A stretch of DNA of 64,000 nt from Camelus dromedarius. Its lineage: Eukaryota. The stretch lies in contig NC_087443.1 in assembly GCF_036321535.1 (NCBI RefSeq), positions 30,876,001 through 30,940,000 on the forward strand. Reading direction: 5' to 3'. Position numbers and translations under genes: made by a program. Below, one piece after another: positions 51,333 through 63,767 of the stretch (the first letter of the stretch is position 1; every line of letters begins with the position of its first letter). Under the pieces are notes generated by a model. The model did no database searches, was not told the origin of the DNA, and saw nothing but the letters and a program-made list of their open reading frames with translations.

Positions 51333-52520
51333 GTAAGTCTTCAGCTTTATGGCCAGAGGGGCTGGAGCCCACTCTGTTGACTGCCGTGTCTGTGTCTGGA
51401 GTAGTGACCCTTGATCCTGGGGGAGTTGTCTCCCCCTCCCCATCTATGCTCAGCTCCCAGTTGTCCAGTTCAGGGGAGCCACAGAGTATTGGAAGGAGAA
51501 GGGTCCAAGAGGATGAGGGGAATGGAGATGTTGGGGGAGGTACTGGAGGAATGAGAAGGGGATCTGAGAGGCTGGATGGAAAAAAAGAACCTGGTTGGGG
51601 CTGAGCGAGGTACAGGGAGAGTCCATGTAGCAATTCCTGGACTCTGGCCCCAGCAGACCCCACTAAGCTGGTAGTACTGCAGATGCATTGTGAGACAGGA
51701 CTAAGCAGAACACAGCGTTTTGCTGGGTGCCAGCTTCTGTTAAGGACGGACTGAAGTCTGTATGTTTTCCCAGCATGTCCCCCTCCACTGCCAGATCTTA
51801 TTATTATGTTCGTGTCCTCCCTCAGTTCCCCACTGCTATGATATTGCTGAATTGACATGCATCAAGGTTCAAATGTCCCCTAACCTCCCTCTCCACTTCA
51901 GTTCTGGGGTCTGGGGTAGGGAAGTGACTAAAAGGGAGCGGGGAGCACTGCTGTGAAATCCCAGGCCATGATCCAGCTGGCCCAATGGAGGGGCAATAAC
52001 CTCTCCTTCCTAAGAAGGTTTTTGGCTGGATCTCCTCAACCCTGGCAGAACATTTTTTCTGCTCCACCCCCACCCCCGCCCTGGGGATTGGGGAAGACTG
52101 AGAGACCAGAGCTTGGAATGACACCTCCAATCTGAGATCTCTATGTAAATAAAAACTTCAAATCCTGCCAAACCAATGAAACCCGGTTGCATTGCCCTGC
52201 CTGTATGTAATTTGTTTTACCCCTAGCCCCCAAAACATACTTGTGTTCCTAAGCCCCGTACCAGCTCTATGTAAAACAGCTAAAAAGAGGTTAATAGAAG
52301 GTAGGGGCAGGGGTTACATCTATACTTTGCCCTGTTTCCCAAGGAGAGAAGCCCTAAAGCTTCTTATTTTAGGGGAATACATTTTTCTTTGAAAATCTAA
52401 TGAAATTTTGCTTCCTGAAGTCTTAAGCACTGCCTTACTATAGACACTCAACACTTCCCAGTCCCTGTCCATCCTCCAACTCCCCCTTCCCACTCTATCC
52501 AGGCTCCATCCACCTCCACA

Positions 52521-55500
52521 ATGCCACTCTCAGGAACCCCAGCCCCCAACAAGAAGAGAAAATCCAGCAAGCTGATCGTGGAACTCACCAGAGGTATGGC
52601 GTGTTTGCACCTACCTAGTGTGGGACTTCTTATTAATTAAAAGTGTCTCTGGCCCAAAAGTCCCAGAAATATTATAAGGTTATATATGTCTTGGGGTGAA
52701 GAGATATGAAGAGACAAGAGGAAAGGGGGAGGGGATGTGGGGGGAGGGAGAAAAAATTCAACACTGACTACTCACCCTTCCACCCTTTTCACCTTGTAAT
52801 CTGAGACAATAGCCATGCCATGTTACCCAACACAGGTCCAGGACAACAGGACCCACAGGTCAGTGAGGTATGTTTGAGAAGAAAATATATATGATAGAGA
52901 CTGGCACAGAGAAAGGTCTCAATAAGTGGTTAATTTCCTTCTTTCCCCAGAGCTAAGGAGCCTTGTATAAGCCCTTAAAGTGGAAAATTGCTCAGGCATT
53001 TTTCCTGAGGGTGGTAGGAGTACTGGGCTGTGAAGAGCTCTCCCAATACCTAGAGGTTTGCAGCCAGGGTTCACTGAGGGGAAGAGAAGGGAGAGGAGTT
53101 AAGACAGGAGTCTATATTTAGAGGTGACCTTTGGGCTTTCCCCTATGCTATAGTTCCCCAATGACCTCCTTCTATGATGTTTCTTTACACTTTTGCCCTG
53201 TACCCCACACCCCTTTTACCTCATTCACTCTCTCTGCTCCTCTCTAGTATGCCCACTGTCTCCACTCTGCACCCCAGTTCCAATGCATTCTCTCCAATTT
53301 CAAACCCAGGAAATCAAAATCCCTCATAAACTGGATTAATCGGATATTATAGCATCTGCTTCCCTAGTGATCTCTGCTGGGCCGCATACTTAGTTGTGGA
53401 TGGAGTTTGCATTTTGAGCCTAGAAAACCCTACTTTCCTCTTTCCCTTGCCTCTGCTTCCCCACCTCCCTGAAAGGTGGACAGGAGAGCTCAGGCTTGAA
53501 CCTGGGCAAGAAGATCAGTGTCCCAAGGGATGTGATGTTGGAGGAGCTGTCCCTGCTCACTAACCGGGGCTCCAAGATGTTCAAACTGCGGCAGTTGCGA
53601 GTGGAGAAATTTATTTATGAAAACCATCCTGATGTCTTCTCTGACAGCTCAATGGTGAGTTCAAAACTTGGCTACTCTCAAAGCCTAGTGCCTCTTCTGA
53701 CAGCTTCTTGGTAGGCCCCAAATCTCCAAAATATTATCAACACCCCTCTCTGCAAATTTATAAGCTCATTAACTTGCCCCCTCCCTTGATATATCGAGCT
53801 CCCAATAACTCCAGGGTGAATTATAGCCCACCTCTGAAACTAAGTCTGTATCCTAGGGCTAGTGAAGCTGGGTGGAGAGTACCACACCTTCAGGGAGAAA
53901 AATTCCTTCCTAGTATGGTTAAGTGTTAAAGATAGGATTGACAGATAAAACACAGGATGCCCAGTCCTGTATTTTAAAATTGAGATACACACAAAATAAA
54001 TAAGCTGCAAGGATATACTGTACAGCACAGGAAATATAGCCAATATTTTATAATAACTGTAAATGGAGTATAATCTATAAAAATATTGAATCACTATGGT
54101 ATACATCTGAAACTAATAAAATACTGTAAATCAGCTATATTTCAATTTAAAATAAAGTTGAGATACACACAATTTTTTAGTAAATTATGTCCCATGGAAT
54201 ATTTGGGATGTAAAAATTTTTTTAAATTAAAGACACTAAATTAAATTTGGATTTCAGATACACGATAATTTTTTAGTATATGTGTGTCCCATGAAATATC
54301 TAGAACAAAAAATTAAATTAAGAAATACAGGACACCCAGTTAAATTTGAATTTCAGATACATGATGAATACTCTCTTATACATAAATATGTCCCTGCAAT
54401 AGTTCCATATTTACACTAAAAAAAGTATTGTTGTGTATCTGAGAATCAAATTTAACTGGTATTCTGTGATTTTATTTGTAAAATCTGGCAATGCTAGAAA
54501 GAGGTGATTGAACTTTTATGGCCATCTCTTCTTGAGCCATTCTTTTATCTAAAGAATCCGCCTAAGGACCATAGATGTGGGACTGAAATCATCCTTTAAG
54601 GTCCTACGTTCCCTAGTCAGGATTATTCTCCAAAGAGAAGTAGAGTGGAAAGGGGCCAGGCACAAGATGTTATAGCTGAGAAGGAGGGGATCTTCTCCAT
54701 TTCCTTTCTTCCCCCCTCCACCTTCCCTGGGCAGCCAGGGGAGAGTGGAAATAGATGCCTACATGGGGCCAGGGACAGGAGTATCTGTCATTGGCCAGTA
54801 TATAGGAGCAGAATAAAAATGCTGAGCCGGTCATATCTAACTTTAGGAGGCCAAAAGCCCTCCTCCCTGCCTGTGTCTGGTTACGCTGGGTGGAGCATAG
54901 GGGTGTGCATGGTGGGGTGGCTAGAAGAGCCTCCTGAAGGAGTTGGCAGGGTTATTTTTAGGCTTTGGAGATGGATCCAGTGTTGTCCTTTGGGCCACCC
55001 TTCCCCCTACCCACTACAGTTTCACTGTCAGGAAGTCCTGGTCCAACAGGCACCAAGAGGAGAAAGGGAGAGGAAGAGGAAGAGAAGAGAATTTTATCTG
55101 TTAGACAAGAGGAGGATGACTAGGGCCAGAGATCTGTCTCATTCCTCAAATTAAGCATGTGTTCTCCATGCCAAGTCCAATCTCTCAAATTTTAGTTGAG
55201 CAGAAGTCTTGGTCCTCTTTGTCTTGGTAAGGAGGGGAAAGGGGAGTATAGAGCCTGAGTTGGCCCCATCCTAGATATAATTGGAGGAACTGAGCCAAAG
55301 GGGTTGTACCCCTTAAGGAGAGATTAATTTCTCTGAGTCAGGCTATCCACTAACCATCTGTTAGAGGGGGAAAGTCTCAGAAGATTCAGTGTCTTCAGGT
55401 TGGCCATTGTCTCTGATCACCTGCTACACACACCTATGTCTTTGTATATTTTCCATATATTTGCTAACCTTCCCCTCACTTTGTCCTTTCCTTTCAGGAT

Positions 55501-57578
55501 CACTTCCAGAAGTTCCTTCCCACAGTGGGGGGACAGCTAGGTTCGGCTGGTCAGGGTTACTCCTACAGCAAGGCCAGCAGCAGAGGCCAGGCAGGGGCAA
55601 GTGGCTCTGCCGGACAGTATGGCTCTGACCAGCAGCACCATCATCAGGGCCCTGGATCTGGATCTGGATCTGGGGGGACAGGTGGTCCTGGGGGCCAGAC
55701 TGGCAGAGGAGGAGCTGCTGGCACAGCAGGGGTTGGTGAGACAGGAACAGGCAAGTATCTTCACTCAAGAGTAATGTGTCTGGTCCTGATAGCAGGAATG
55801 AGGCCTTGACCGGGGGTAGGAGCAGGGGAGGCCAGATAAGGTATCTCAATGGACTCTCTGGGTCCAGGAAGATACAGAGACGTGTCTATTCCACCTAGAA
55901 GCCTGTCTCTCAGTCACCTTTCTGGCTTTTCGGTTTTAGTCACAGATTTGACCCCAGGCTGTCATTATTTCACAAATGTTATACAATTACCAGGATATTT
56001 TACCTTTGGTCTCTGGCCCCAGCAACTTCCCTAGTGCAGTGCTATGAGACTAACTTCCATTGGCTACTAACTGCTGTTATTTGACTTAGTATTATTTCTC
56101 TTCCATGGCTGCCAGGAGACCAGGCAGGTGGAGAAGGAAAACATATCACTGTGTTCAAGACCTATATTTCCCCATGGGAGAGAGCCATGGGGGTTGACCC
56201 ACAGCAAAAAGTGGAACTTGGAATTGACCTTCTGGCCTTTGGGGCCAAAGCTGAACTCCCTCAGTATAAGTCCTTCAACAGGTAAGGGGGATGGGGAAGG
56301 AACCAGATGCATTCTGGTATACTGCAACATGTCCTTAGTGGGAAGGAAGACTTTGGTTCAAATGTTTCAGAAGGAGGCTGAGGAAGCATGAGAGGAATAT
56401 GGGGGCCCTAACTGAAGGCTTTTGCTCTTTTCACTCTGTCCAGAGAAACAGCACAGTTACGATGAAGGAATAACTTCCTAGGAGACAGGATTTGAATTTA
56501 AATGCATAGTTATTAACTGTGTGGGCATGAGAAAGTCACCCTGCTTCTGAGCCTTGGTTGCCTTGACTGTAAAATGGGAATAATATATTACACATTTAAG
56601 GCCTCCTGGGGCTCCTTTCATTCAGGGTTACAATTCCATTACTGCCCTCATAGTATAATTCTATTTTTCTTTTTTTTTTTAATTGAAGTACAGTTACCTT
56701 ACATTATGTTAGTTGGAGGTGTACAATATAATGATCCAATATTTTTACAATTACGTTCCACACAAAGTTATTATAATATTATTGAAGATTCTGTTTCTTT
56801 ATATCCTACTTTAATAAGGCTTAAGTATCTATCCTTTTGGAACCCTGGCTTCTCTAGACCACAGATAGCAGATCTGTGTGAAAGCAAGACAGGGAAGAGC
56901 TAGAGAATTGCTTTTGCATTAGGTCTTAAGGAGCCTGGACTTTCCAGGAAATGTTAATTCCTTTCATCCAGGGCATGCACTAGCCACTGGAGGTGGGGTA
57001 GGGGTTTTGAGGGGATCTCTAAACTATAATTTAAGGTGGCTTCAGACCCTTGGGTCAATAGTGTTTGAGGTCACTTTCTCTGAAATGTGACTGGTTGGGG
57101 TCACAACTATCCATGAGACTCTCTATCTAGTACTCTAGTAGTAGATTACTTTTCTCATTATTAATGTTGGGGAAATGAGCAAACCAGAAGGGGGCATGGA
57201 GTGCTAAGGGAGAAGAAGGATAAGGAGTGCAAATCTTAAACTAGAATTCATAGACTTCCCCATCCTCAGAACAGGGTAACATCTCACTGATAAAGCTCTA
57301 TGCCTTTTGTTTTGGTTTTCAATTAAATAATGTGTCCCCTTTTCAGNNNNNNNNNNNNNNNNNNNNNNNNNNNNNNNNNNNNNNNNNNNNNNNNNNNNNN
57401 NNNNNNNNNNNNNNNNNNNNNNNNNNNNNNNNNNNNNNNNNNNNNNNNNNNNNNNNNNNNNNNNNNNNNNNNNNNNNNNNNNNNNNNNNNNNNNNNNNNN
57501 NNNNNNNNNNNNNNNNNNNNNNNNNNNNNNNNNNNNNNNNNNNNNNNNNNNNNNNNNNNNNNNNNNNNNNNNNNNNNN
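52521..57578 (+). CDS. MYOZ1: MYOZ1 (myozenin-1 / calsarcin-2), about 300 aa. Exons 52521-52593, 53476-53654, 55498-55750, 56116-56281, and a last coding exon from 57347 hidden in the N-run (end inferred).
   Basis: MPLSGTPAPNKKRKSSKLIVELTR | GGQESSGLNLGKKISVPRDVMLEELSLLTNRGSKMFKLRQ...SDSSM | DHFQKFLPTVGG (Gly-rich) | DQAGGEGKHITVFKTYISPWERAMG...YKSFN. The acceptor tttcag abuts the gap, and the 3' UTR resumes at 57583. Confidence 0.95.
53933..54496. mobile_element. MER53 palindromic hAT MITE with a reiterated left arm, interrupted by an L1 3' fragment (53995-54157)
   Basis: cagataaaacacaggatgcccagt...ttaaatttgaatttcagata...tatgtcccatggaatatttggga...tcaaatttaactgg...aatctggcaatgcta. L1 piece flanked by 15-bp TSD ttgagatacacacaa (53980-53994, 54158-54172). 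Confidence 0.8.
56670..56785 (-). mobile_element. Short 5'-truncated L1 3' end (artiodactyl-type)
   Basis: Poly-T followed by aattgaagtacagttacc...acaatataatgatccaatatttttac...agttattataatatt. Confidence 0.7.
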
Positions 57579-57842
57579 NNNNTTTCCTCCTCTACTTTGC
57601 ATCAAGTTTCCCCTCTCTGGTTCCAATTTGGAGAGGGAATGAATGCTGAGCAGGATGCCCCCAGTGAAAATCCAGTATCTTTGTGGGAATGGAGAGGAAA
57701 AGGAGGGAGAGATCTACCTTTCCATCCTTCACTCCAAGTTCCCACTTCAAGCGTCCTTTCTCACCAACTCAGAGCTCCCTTTCCACTTGCTCTGTATGGA
57801 ACCTGCTCTTTTATGGAATTTGCTCTGCCACCGGTAACAGTT

Positions 57843-57848
57843 AATAAA
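57843..57848 (+). terminator. MYOZ1 poly(A) signal AATAAA
   Basis: About 265 nt after the inferred stop, in sequence resembling the human MYOZ1 3' UTR end. Confidence 0.8.
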
Positions 57849-58799
57849 CTTCAAGGAAATGAACTCATTCTTCCTCTGATATTTGAGGGCAGGCGCAAAC
57901 TGAGGCTAACAATACACAGAGACTAATTAAAGTCAAAAACCATACATCCATTATTCAGACGTCAAGACTAGACGTGAGCTCTGATTACTTACACACCCAC
58001 ACCACGTCCACACCCACCAAACCACATTCATAGGTGCATACAAAGACATACTTATTCAATAGTACATAAGACGAATAACCATGCACAAACACATGTGCGG
58101 GCCCATATGTGGGCGAAGCTCAGGTGCTACTGTGTGCTATGTTAGGAAATAAGTGTTGGTGACCCTGGCATTAACTCTCTTTATGTAGCTGATTAGAAAT
58201 TGGGATAATCAGGATTACCCAATTATCACAGAACTAGAAACCATAAATTTGCCAGATTACACTGAGTGGGCTTAGGAATACATGTGTCAAAGGTTACAGA
58301 TTCCCCAAAAGATGAAATAGAATAGGAAGCCATGCGGAATCCAGAAAGAAGTGGGAGAAACCAGTTGAGTTATAGTATGCTTGGCTCTGTGAACACAGCA
58401 AGAAAAGATCTAAGGGTCACGGGGGCCCTGCCGTTGAGTCCAGAAAGCATTTTGATTGGGAAGAAATCTTGAGAGCCCAAAAGGAATGAGTAACAATACT
58501 CTTTTTATTGATTTCAAGCATACGGTTTCTTTAGAGTCTCTGACTTAATTCTGTCTTCCACAAAGTAGGAATTTCATACAGACCAGGAAGAGTTAAGAGA
58601 TGACCTTAATAGGATCTGAGAAAATAACTTCAGCCAGCTCCATGAGCTGTTAATGATTACATCTGCATAAACTGATGCAATTTTCATGGACCTTGGGTCA
58701 CATGGCATTTCCCTTGGTCACTTTCCTTTACAATAAATTTCAGGGGATTCATACTTCCTCTAAACTTGTACACAAAGTTCTAATCTATGTGCATTTTTC

Positions 58800-59390
58800 T
58801 AAGGAGAGTGTTGTCATAGTTTGGATTCCCCCCCACCCCCCGATAGACCCTGAAATAAAGATTTGGATGCAAGGAGAAAATTTGGGAGGTGATCCCAGAA
58901 TCCAAGCAGTGTAAGGGAGTGAGAAGAAGGCCAAATGGGCCTTTGGGGCTGAATCTTACTCAGACACTCTGAGAAAAATGCTATTCAAAATGTGGTCCCT
59001 GGACTAGCAGCATCCTTTTCTCCTGGGAGCTTAGTTAAAAGTGTAAACTCAAGAATCTGTGTCTTATTAACCTCTCCACGTGATTCTTATGTATTATTAA
59101 ATTTTAAGAAACACCATAGTAAAACATACCTCAGAATTGCTTCACTGAGCAGGGTAGAAACTGGAGTATTTAGCCACCAGATCCCATCTGTCACTGGTTG
59201 CAGATTGCTACTGTAAATGTTAACTCTGCTGTCACTTTCAGGCAAGGAGATACACTCAGGTGTTTGATGTAGGAAGCTGTGGGCTTGTACAGGATCTGTC
59301 CACGAAAGCTGTAGCAAACTCTAGAGTGGGCTGAGGGAATATGGGTAGGGCACAGACAGGATCTGGATAAGGGTCCATAGATTTTTATCA
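58800..59390. mobile_element. ERVL-type LTR fragment (LTR16/33-like) interrupted by a MER5A-like MITE (~58975-59135)
   Basis: gatttggatgcaagg...tttgggaggtgatcccag and ctggagtatttagccaccagatcccatctgtcactggttgcag; aatgtggtccctggactagcagcatc. Confidence 0.5.
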
Positions 59391-59704
59391 CTCAAGTTTA
59401 AAAGTCTGAGCCCTCCCCCAAAGTTAAGGACTATATTCTTTTTTTTTCTGTCCCCACCCCAAGGACTATATTCTTTTAACAAATATTTACTGAGTGCCTA
59501 CTGTATACCAGGTACTAAATCAGGCATGAGAGGTACAAAGGCAAATAACTTTCATGTGACAAAGATTTTCCTATTAACTATAAAATAATTATTAAATGCC
59601 GACCTTTAAAGTTGGGATTAAAAAAAAAAGAAGCCAGGATCTGTTAGTAAATAGCTCTGAAAACCTAGAAACTTAATTTTTCCAAGCTCAGGATGTCTGA
59701 AATT

Positions 59705-59838
59705 TTTTTGTTTATTTTTTGGGGGGATGGGGTACTTGTTTGTTTGTTTATTTATTTTTAATGGAGGTACTGGGGATCGAACCCAGGACCTCTTGCATGC
59801 TAAACATGCATTCTACCACTAAGCTACACCCTACCCCC
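59705..59838 (-). mobile_element. Camelid tRNA-derived SINE
   Basis: Reverse complement of the same head (aatggaggtactggggatcgaacccaggacc...gcatgctaaacatgcattctaccactaagctacaccc); short flanking repeat ctgaaat. Confidence 0.88.
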
Positions 59839-60239
59839 TGAAATCTTAAGTATAATAACAAAAAAATCATGATATAAGCTTATTAATTTACAGGGAGCCA
59901 GGGCAGTTGCAAAATTATCTCCTTCTAAATAACTTAGAAGTCAAATTATTATCAGAAGTTGCAATGATGGTTTAATGTATTAGAGTGCACACTTGTGTAT
60001 GATCTAGCCAGAAATCCAATCAAATCCTCAAGCTTTGCTATCCCTTTGGCTGGACACTATTCTTCTGTTAAAACATCTTTTCTTCAAAAATGTTTCAGAT
60101 ATTTGAATAGCACAGTTTACAGAAGCCACATATTGGCAGAAGAACTAGCTGTCTATATTGCTTACAAACATCTTCTGTTTGCCATCATTGTGTTTTAAAA
60201 TTCAGGAGAGTTTTAAACTAAGAGCTCAGGAAAGCTCCC

Positions 60240-61750
60240 TTTTATTTTTATTAAAAATTTTTTTCCTTGTGATGAGAACTCAAAAGATTTGCTCTTAACA
60301 ACTTTCATATGTAATATACAGCAGTGTTAATCATATTTATCAGATTGCACGTATTTATCTTATAACTGGGAGTTTGTTATCTTTTGACTGCCATTATCAA
60401 ATTCACCCTCCCCTCACTCCCCCACCACCTCTGGTAACCACAGATCTGATCTATTTTCCTATGAGTTTATTTGTTTGTTTTTGAAGTGTAATTAATCTGC
60501 AATGTTGTTCTTATTACACAAAACAGTGATTTCATATTTCTATACATTTCAATATTATCACCATAATGAGTTTAGTTATGATGTCACCATAAAAAGATAT
60601 TACATAGTTATTGATTATATTCCCTATACTTTACATTTCATATCAGTGACTTACTTATTTTGCAGCTGGAAGTTTGTACCTCACCCATTTTTCTCTCCCT
60701 AATAGCCTCCCCTCTGGCAACCACCTGTTTGTTCTCTGTTATCTATAACTATTTCTACTTTATGTTTGTTCATATTTGTTTTTTAGATTTCACATGTAAC
60801 TGAAATTATACAATATTTGTCTTTCTCTGTCTGACTTATTTCACTTAGTGTGAAGCCCTCTAGGCCTATCCATGTTGTGATAAATGGCCAGATTTCATTC
60901 TTTTCTATGGCTGAGTAATATTCCATTGTATTTATATACCACATATTCTTTTTTTATTGAACTATGGTTGATTTACAATATTGTGTTAATTTCAAGTATA
61001 CAGCAAAGTGATTCAGTTATATATTCTTTTTCAGATTCTTTTCCATTATAGCTTATTATAAGATATTGAATATCATTCCCTGTGCTATACAATAAATCCT
61101 TGTTTATTTATTTTATATAGTGGTGTGTATCGTTAATCCCATACTTCTAATTTAGTCCACCCTTTCCCCTTTGATAACCATAAGTTTGTTTTCTACGTCT
61201 GTGTGTTTGTTTCTGTTTTGTAAATAAGTTCATTTGTATTTTTTTTAGATTACACATGTAAGTGATATCATATAACATTCGTTTTTCTCTGACTTACCTC
61301 ACNNNNNNNNNNNNNNNNNNNNNNNNNNNNNNNNNNNNNNNNNNNNNNNNNNNNNNNNNNNNNNNNNNNNNNNNNNNNNNNNNNNNNNNNNNNNNNNNNN
61401 NNNNNNNNNNNNNNNNNNNNNNNNNNNNNNNNNNNNNNNNNNNNNNATGTCTTGCCTATTGTAAATAATGCTGCAATGAACACAGGGGTGCATACATCTT
61501 TTCTAACCAGTGTTTTGTTTTCTTCAGATAAATACTCAGGAATAGAATTGCTGGACCATATGGTAGTTCTATTTTTAATTTTTTTGGTTGGGGAGGTAAT
61601 TAGGCTTATTTATTAGAGGAAGTACTGAGGATTGAACCCAGGACCTCACGCATGCTAAGCATGCACTCTGCCACTTGAGCTATACCCTCCCCCCATCTAT
61701 TTTTAAATTTTTGAGGAATTTCCATACTGTTTTCCATAGTGGTTGCAGTA
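60240..61750 (-). mobile_element. Composite L1: older L1 3' end (~60240-60945) joined to a younger artiodactyl-type L1 3' end (~60946-61750); contains an N-run at 61303-61446
   Basis: Two successive poly-T-led L1 3' UTRs; ggctgagtaatattccattgta; gctgcaatgaacacaggggtgcatacatc. Confidence 0.8.
61584..61695 (-). mobile_element. Camelid tRNA-derived SINE nested in L1, with ~16-bp TSD
   Basis: TSD tctatttttaa(a)ttttt at 61568-61583 and 61696-61712. Confidence 0.9.
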
Positions 61751-62033
61751 AAGCTCCCTTTTAGATAGAAGCTTGCACCCTCCAGTGGGTCCTAGTCCCT
61801 ACTATCATCTATTGTTTTACACCAGGTCATCTCTTGTTACTCACCTAGACTCTGTAGCCATTTGAGTTAGCAACTTCAAAGGTTTCTTTTACATAAACCA
61901 CAAGCCCATAATACTATTCCCCTAAAGTCACTAGATAAGGCATTCCCTAGTATAGGGCCTAGAGCTTCCGTGTTCAATACTGTAGTCACCAGCCACATGT
62001 GGCTCCTGAGCTCTTAAAATATGCCTAGCCTTG

Positions 62034-63060
62034 TTACCGACCTCAGGTCTGGCTGCTCACCACTTGAAAATCAATACTGAGAGGCAATTGTTGGTGGAAA
62101 GGAAAGCTGCTTTCGATCAGAATGCTGACAGTCTAGGGAAAAGGTGGACTCATGTCCCCCCAAAACGAACTCTGAAGGTTCTGCTCAGCCATGAAAGTTT
62201 TTAAAAAGAAAAAGAGATATAATCTCAGCTAATCATTGAGATGGGGGTCAGAGTCATTGTTGCCATCCCCTACTTCATGCAGATTTGTGGACCTCTTGTG
62301 ATCTTTCTTTAGATGCTAACTTGTTCACACAGTTTGTTTACAGTTTTTTCTTGAGATTACTGAAGGGGAAGCTAGGGAAGAGATCCCTGTGAATTACTCA
62401 TTCTTCATTTTTACTTCTTTGATCTAAGGAAAGAACCAACAGGTCTGGCAAGGTATCATGTGATCAAAAGCTTCAAAAGGTGTGCTTGGCCCAGAGATGA
62501 GTAGAGCATGATGGTGCCTGGTTTAAAAGTCATTACAATATAGCTTTGCTAAAGTGACAAGAGAAGTTTCTTGCAAAGAGCTGCTTACAAATCACCCTGT
62601 CAGATATCATTCCATTTCTATGGGATTATGGCAATAGTCCATCTTCTGTAACTGCTTCATGCTAAGAAAGGGCATTGCGGTCTTACGGTGAAAAGATATC
62701 TACACGGGTTTGAAGCATCTCTTTGCTGACAGTTTTAGTTGCCTGCTTACATATATGGGCAGAACAAGCTACAAGCTGTAATTATTTTGATGTCCACAAA
62801 GATATAGATTATTTTGAGCAACAGCATTAATCCCATTCTCTTAAGTCCAGTTCTTGGAATTCTGCTAGCCATAGATTCATTACAGCTCAAGAAGGAGCAG
62901 CTTGTGTTAGGGCTAGTCTGGTCATAATGCAGTTAGCTTTTCCCCTCTGGTGGCAGTTACAGTATCTGTAAAACAACTCAGGAGTGTGCATCAGACACTG
63001 AGTCTGTGACTCTCTTGTCCTAATCATTAACTGCTTGAAACTGCTCTTTTGTGACTCAGG
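62034..63060. mobile_element. ERV1-class LTR / retroviral fragment
   Basis: Starts tgttaccgacctcaggtctggctgctcaccacttgaaaatcaatactgagaggcaattgttggtggaaaggaaagctgcttt, a pattern typical of laurasiatherian ERV1 LTRs. The right boundary is uncertain. Confidence 0.5.
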
Positions 63061-63727
63061 CAGGCCTGGGAGATTTCAGTTTTTCTACAAACAAGAGGCA
63101 GGGACATAGAGGGTCTTTATACTTGGGGGAGCTCCATCCGCAAGGTTCTGCTCCATTCCAACCTGAATTGAGATGCTCCATAAACACTGGATTTTGAAGA
63201 CTCAGTATGAAAAAGAAAGAAAAAAAAAAGTATAATATCTCATTAATAATTTCAAAGTATTGATTACATGTTGGAATATTTTGAACATGGTGAGTTAAGG
63301 AAATTACTAAATTTGTCATACTTTAAAAAACTGGTTACTACAAATTTTAAGTTGCACAATGCAGCTCACAATGTATTTCTATTGGATAGCACTTGTCTAG
63401 ACTATGAGAACTATTCAGGGGCTTGGAGAGAAGAAAATGAATTCTCCATTTACTATTTTTATTCTCTATTTGTTCTTCCCTGTTTTACTCTCTTATAACA
63501 ACTTTCTTTACATTTACCTCTGTTCCAGTTCCTACTCAATCAGTCTGCATTTACAGCTCTCTGAGAGCAGAGAGAAAGCCCTACAACTAAGTGTTGAGTC
63601 ACCAAGTGAGGATGTGTCCACAGAGCTGCAAGCAACAAGTGCAAACTTCACATAACACATCAATGCAGCCCCCTTCCACATCTAAGGCCAAACATCTGGC
63701 TTACATTCGATTTAAAAAACAAAACTT

Positions 63728-63728
<1 letters not shown>

Positions 63729-63762
<34 letters not shown>
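63729..63762 (+). repeat. (CA)17 microsatellite
   Basis: Read directly. Confidence 0.95.

Positions 63763-63767
<5 letters not shown>

Noticed and set aside
52836-52858. AG...GT-bounded microexon in MYOZ1 intron 2
   Set aside because: It is 23 nt, which breaks the frame, and has a poor pyrimidine tract.
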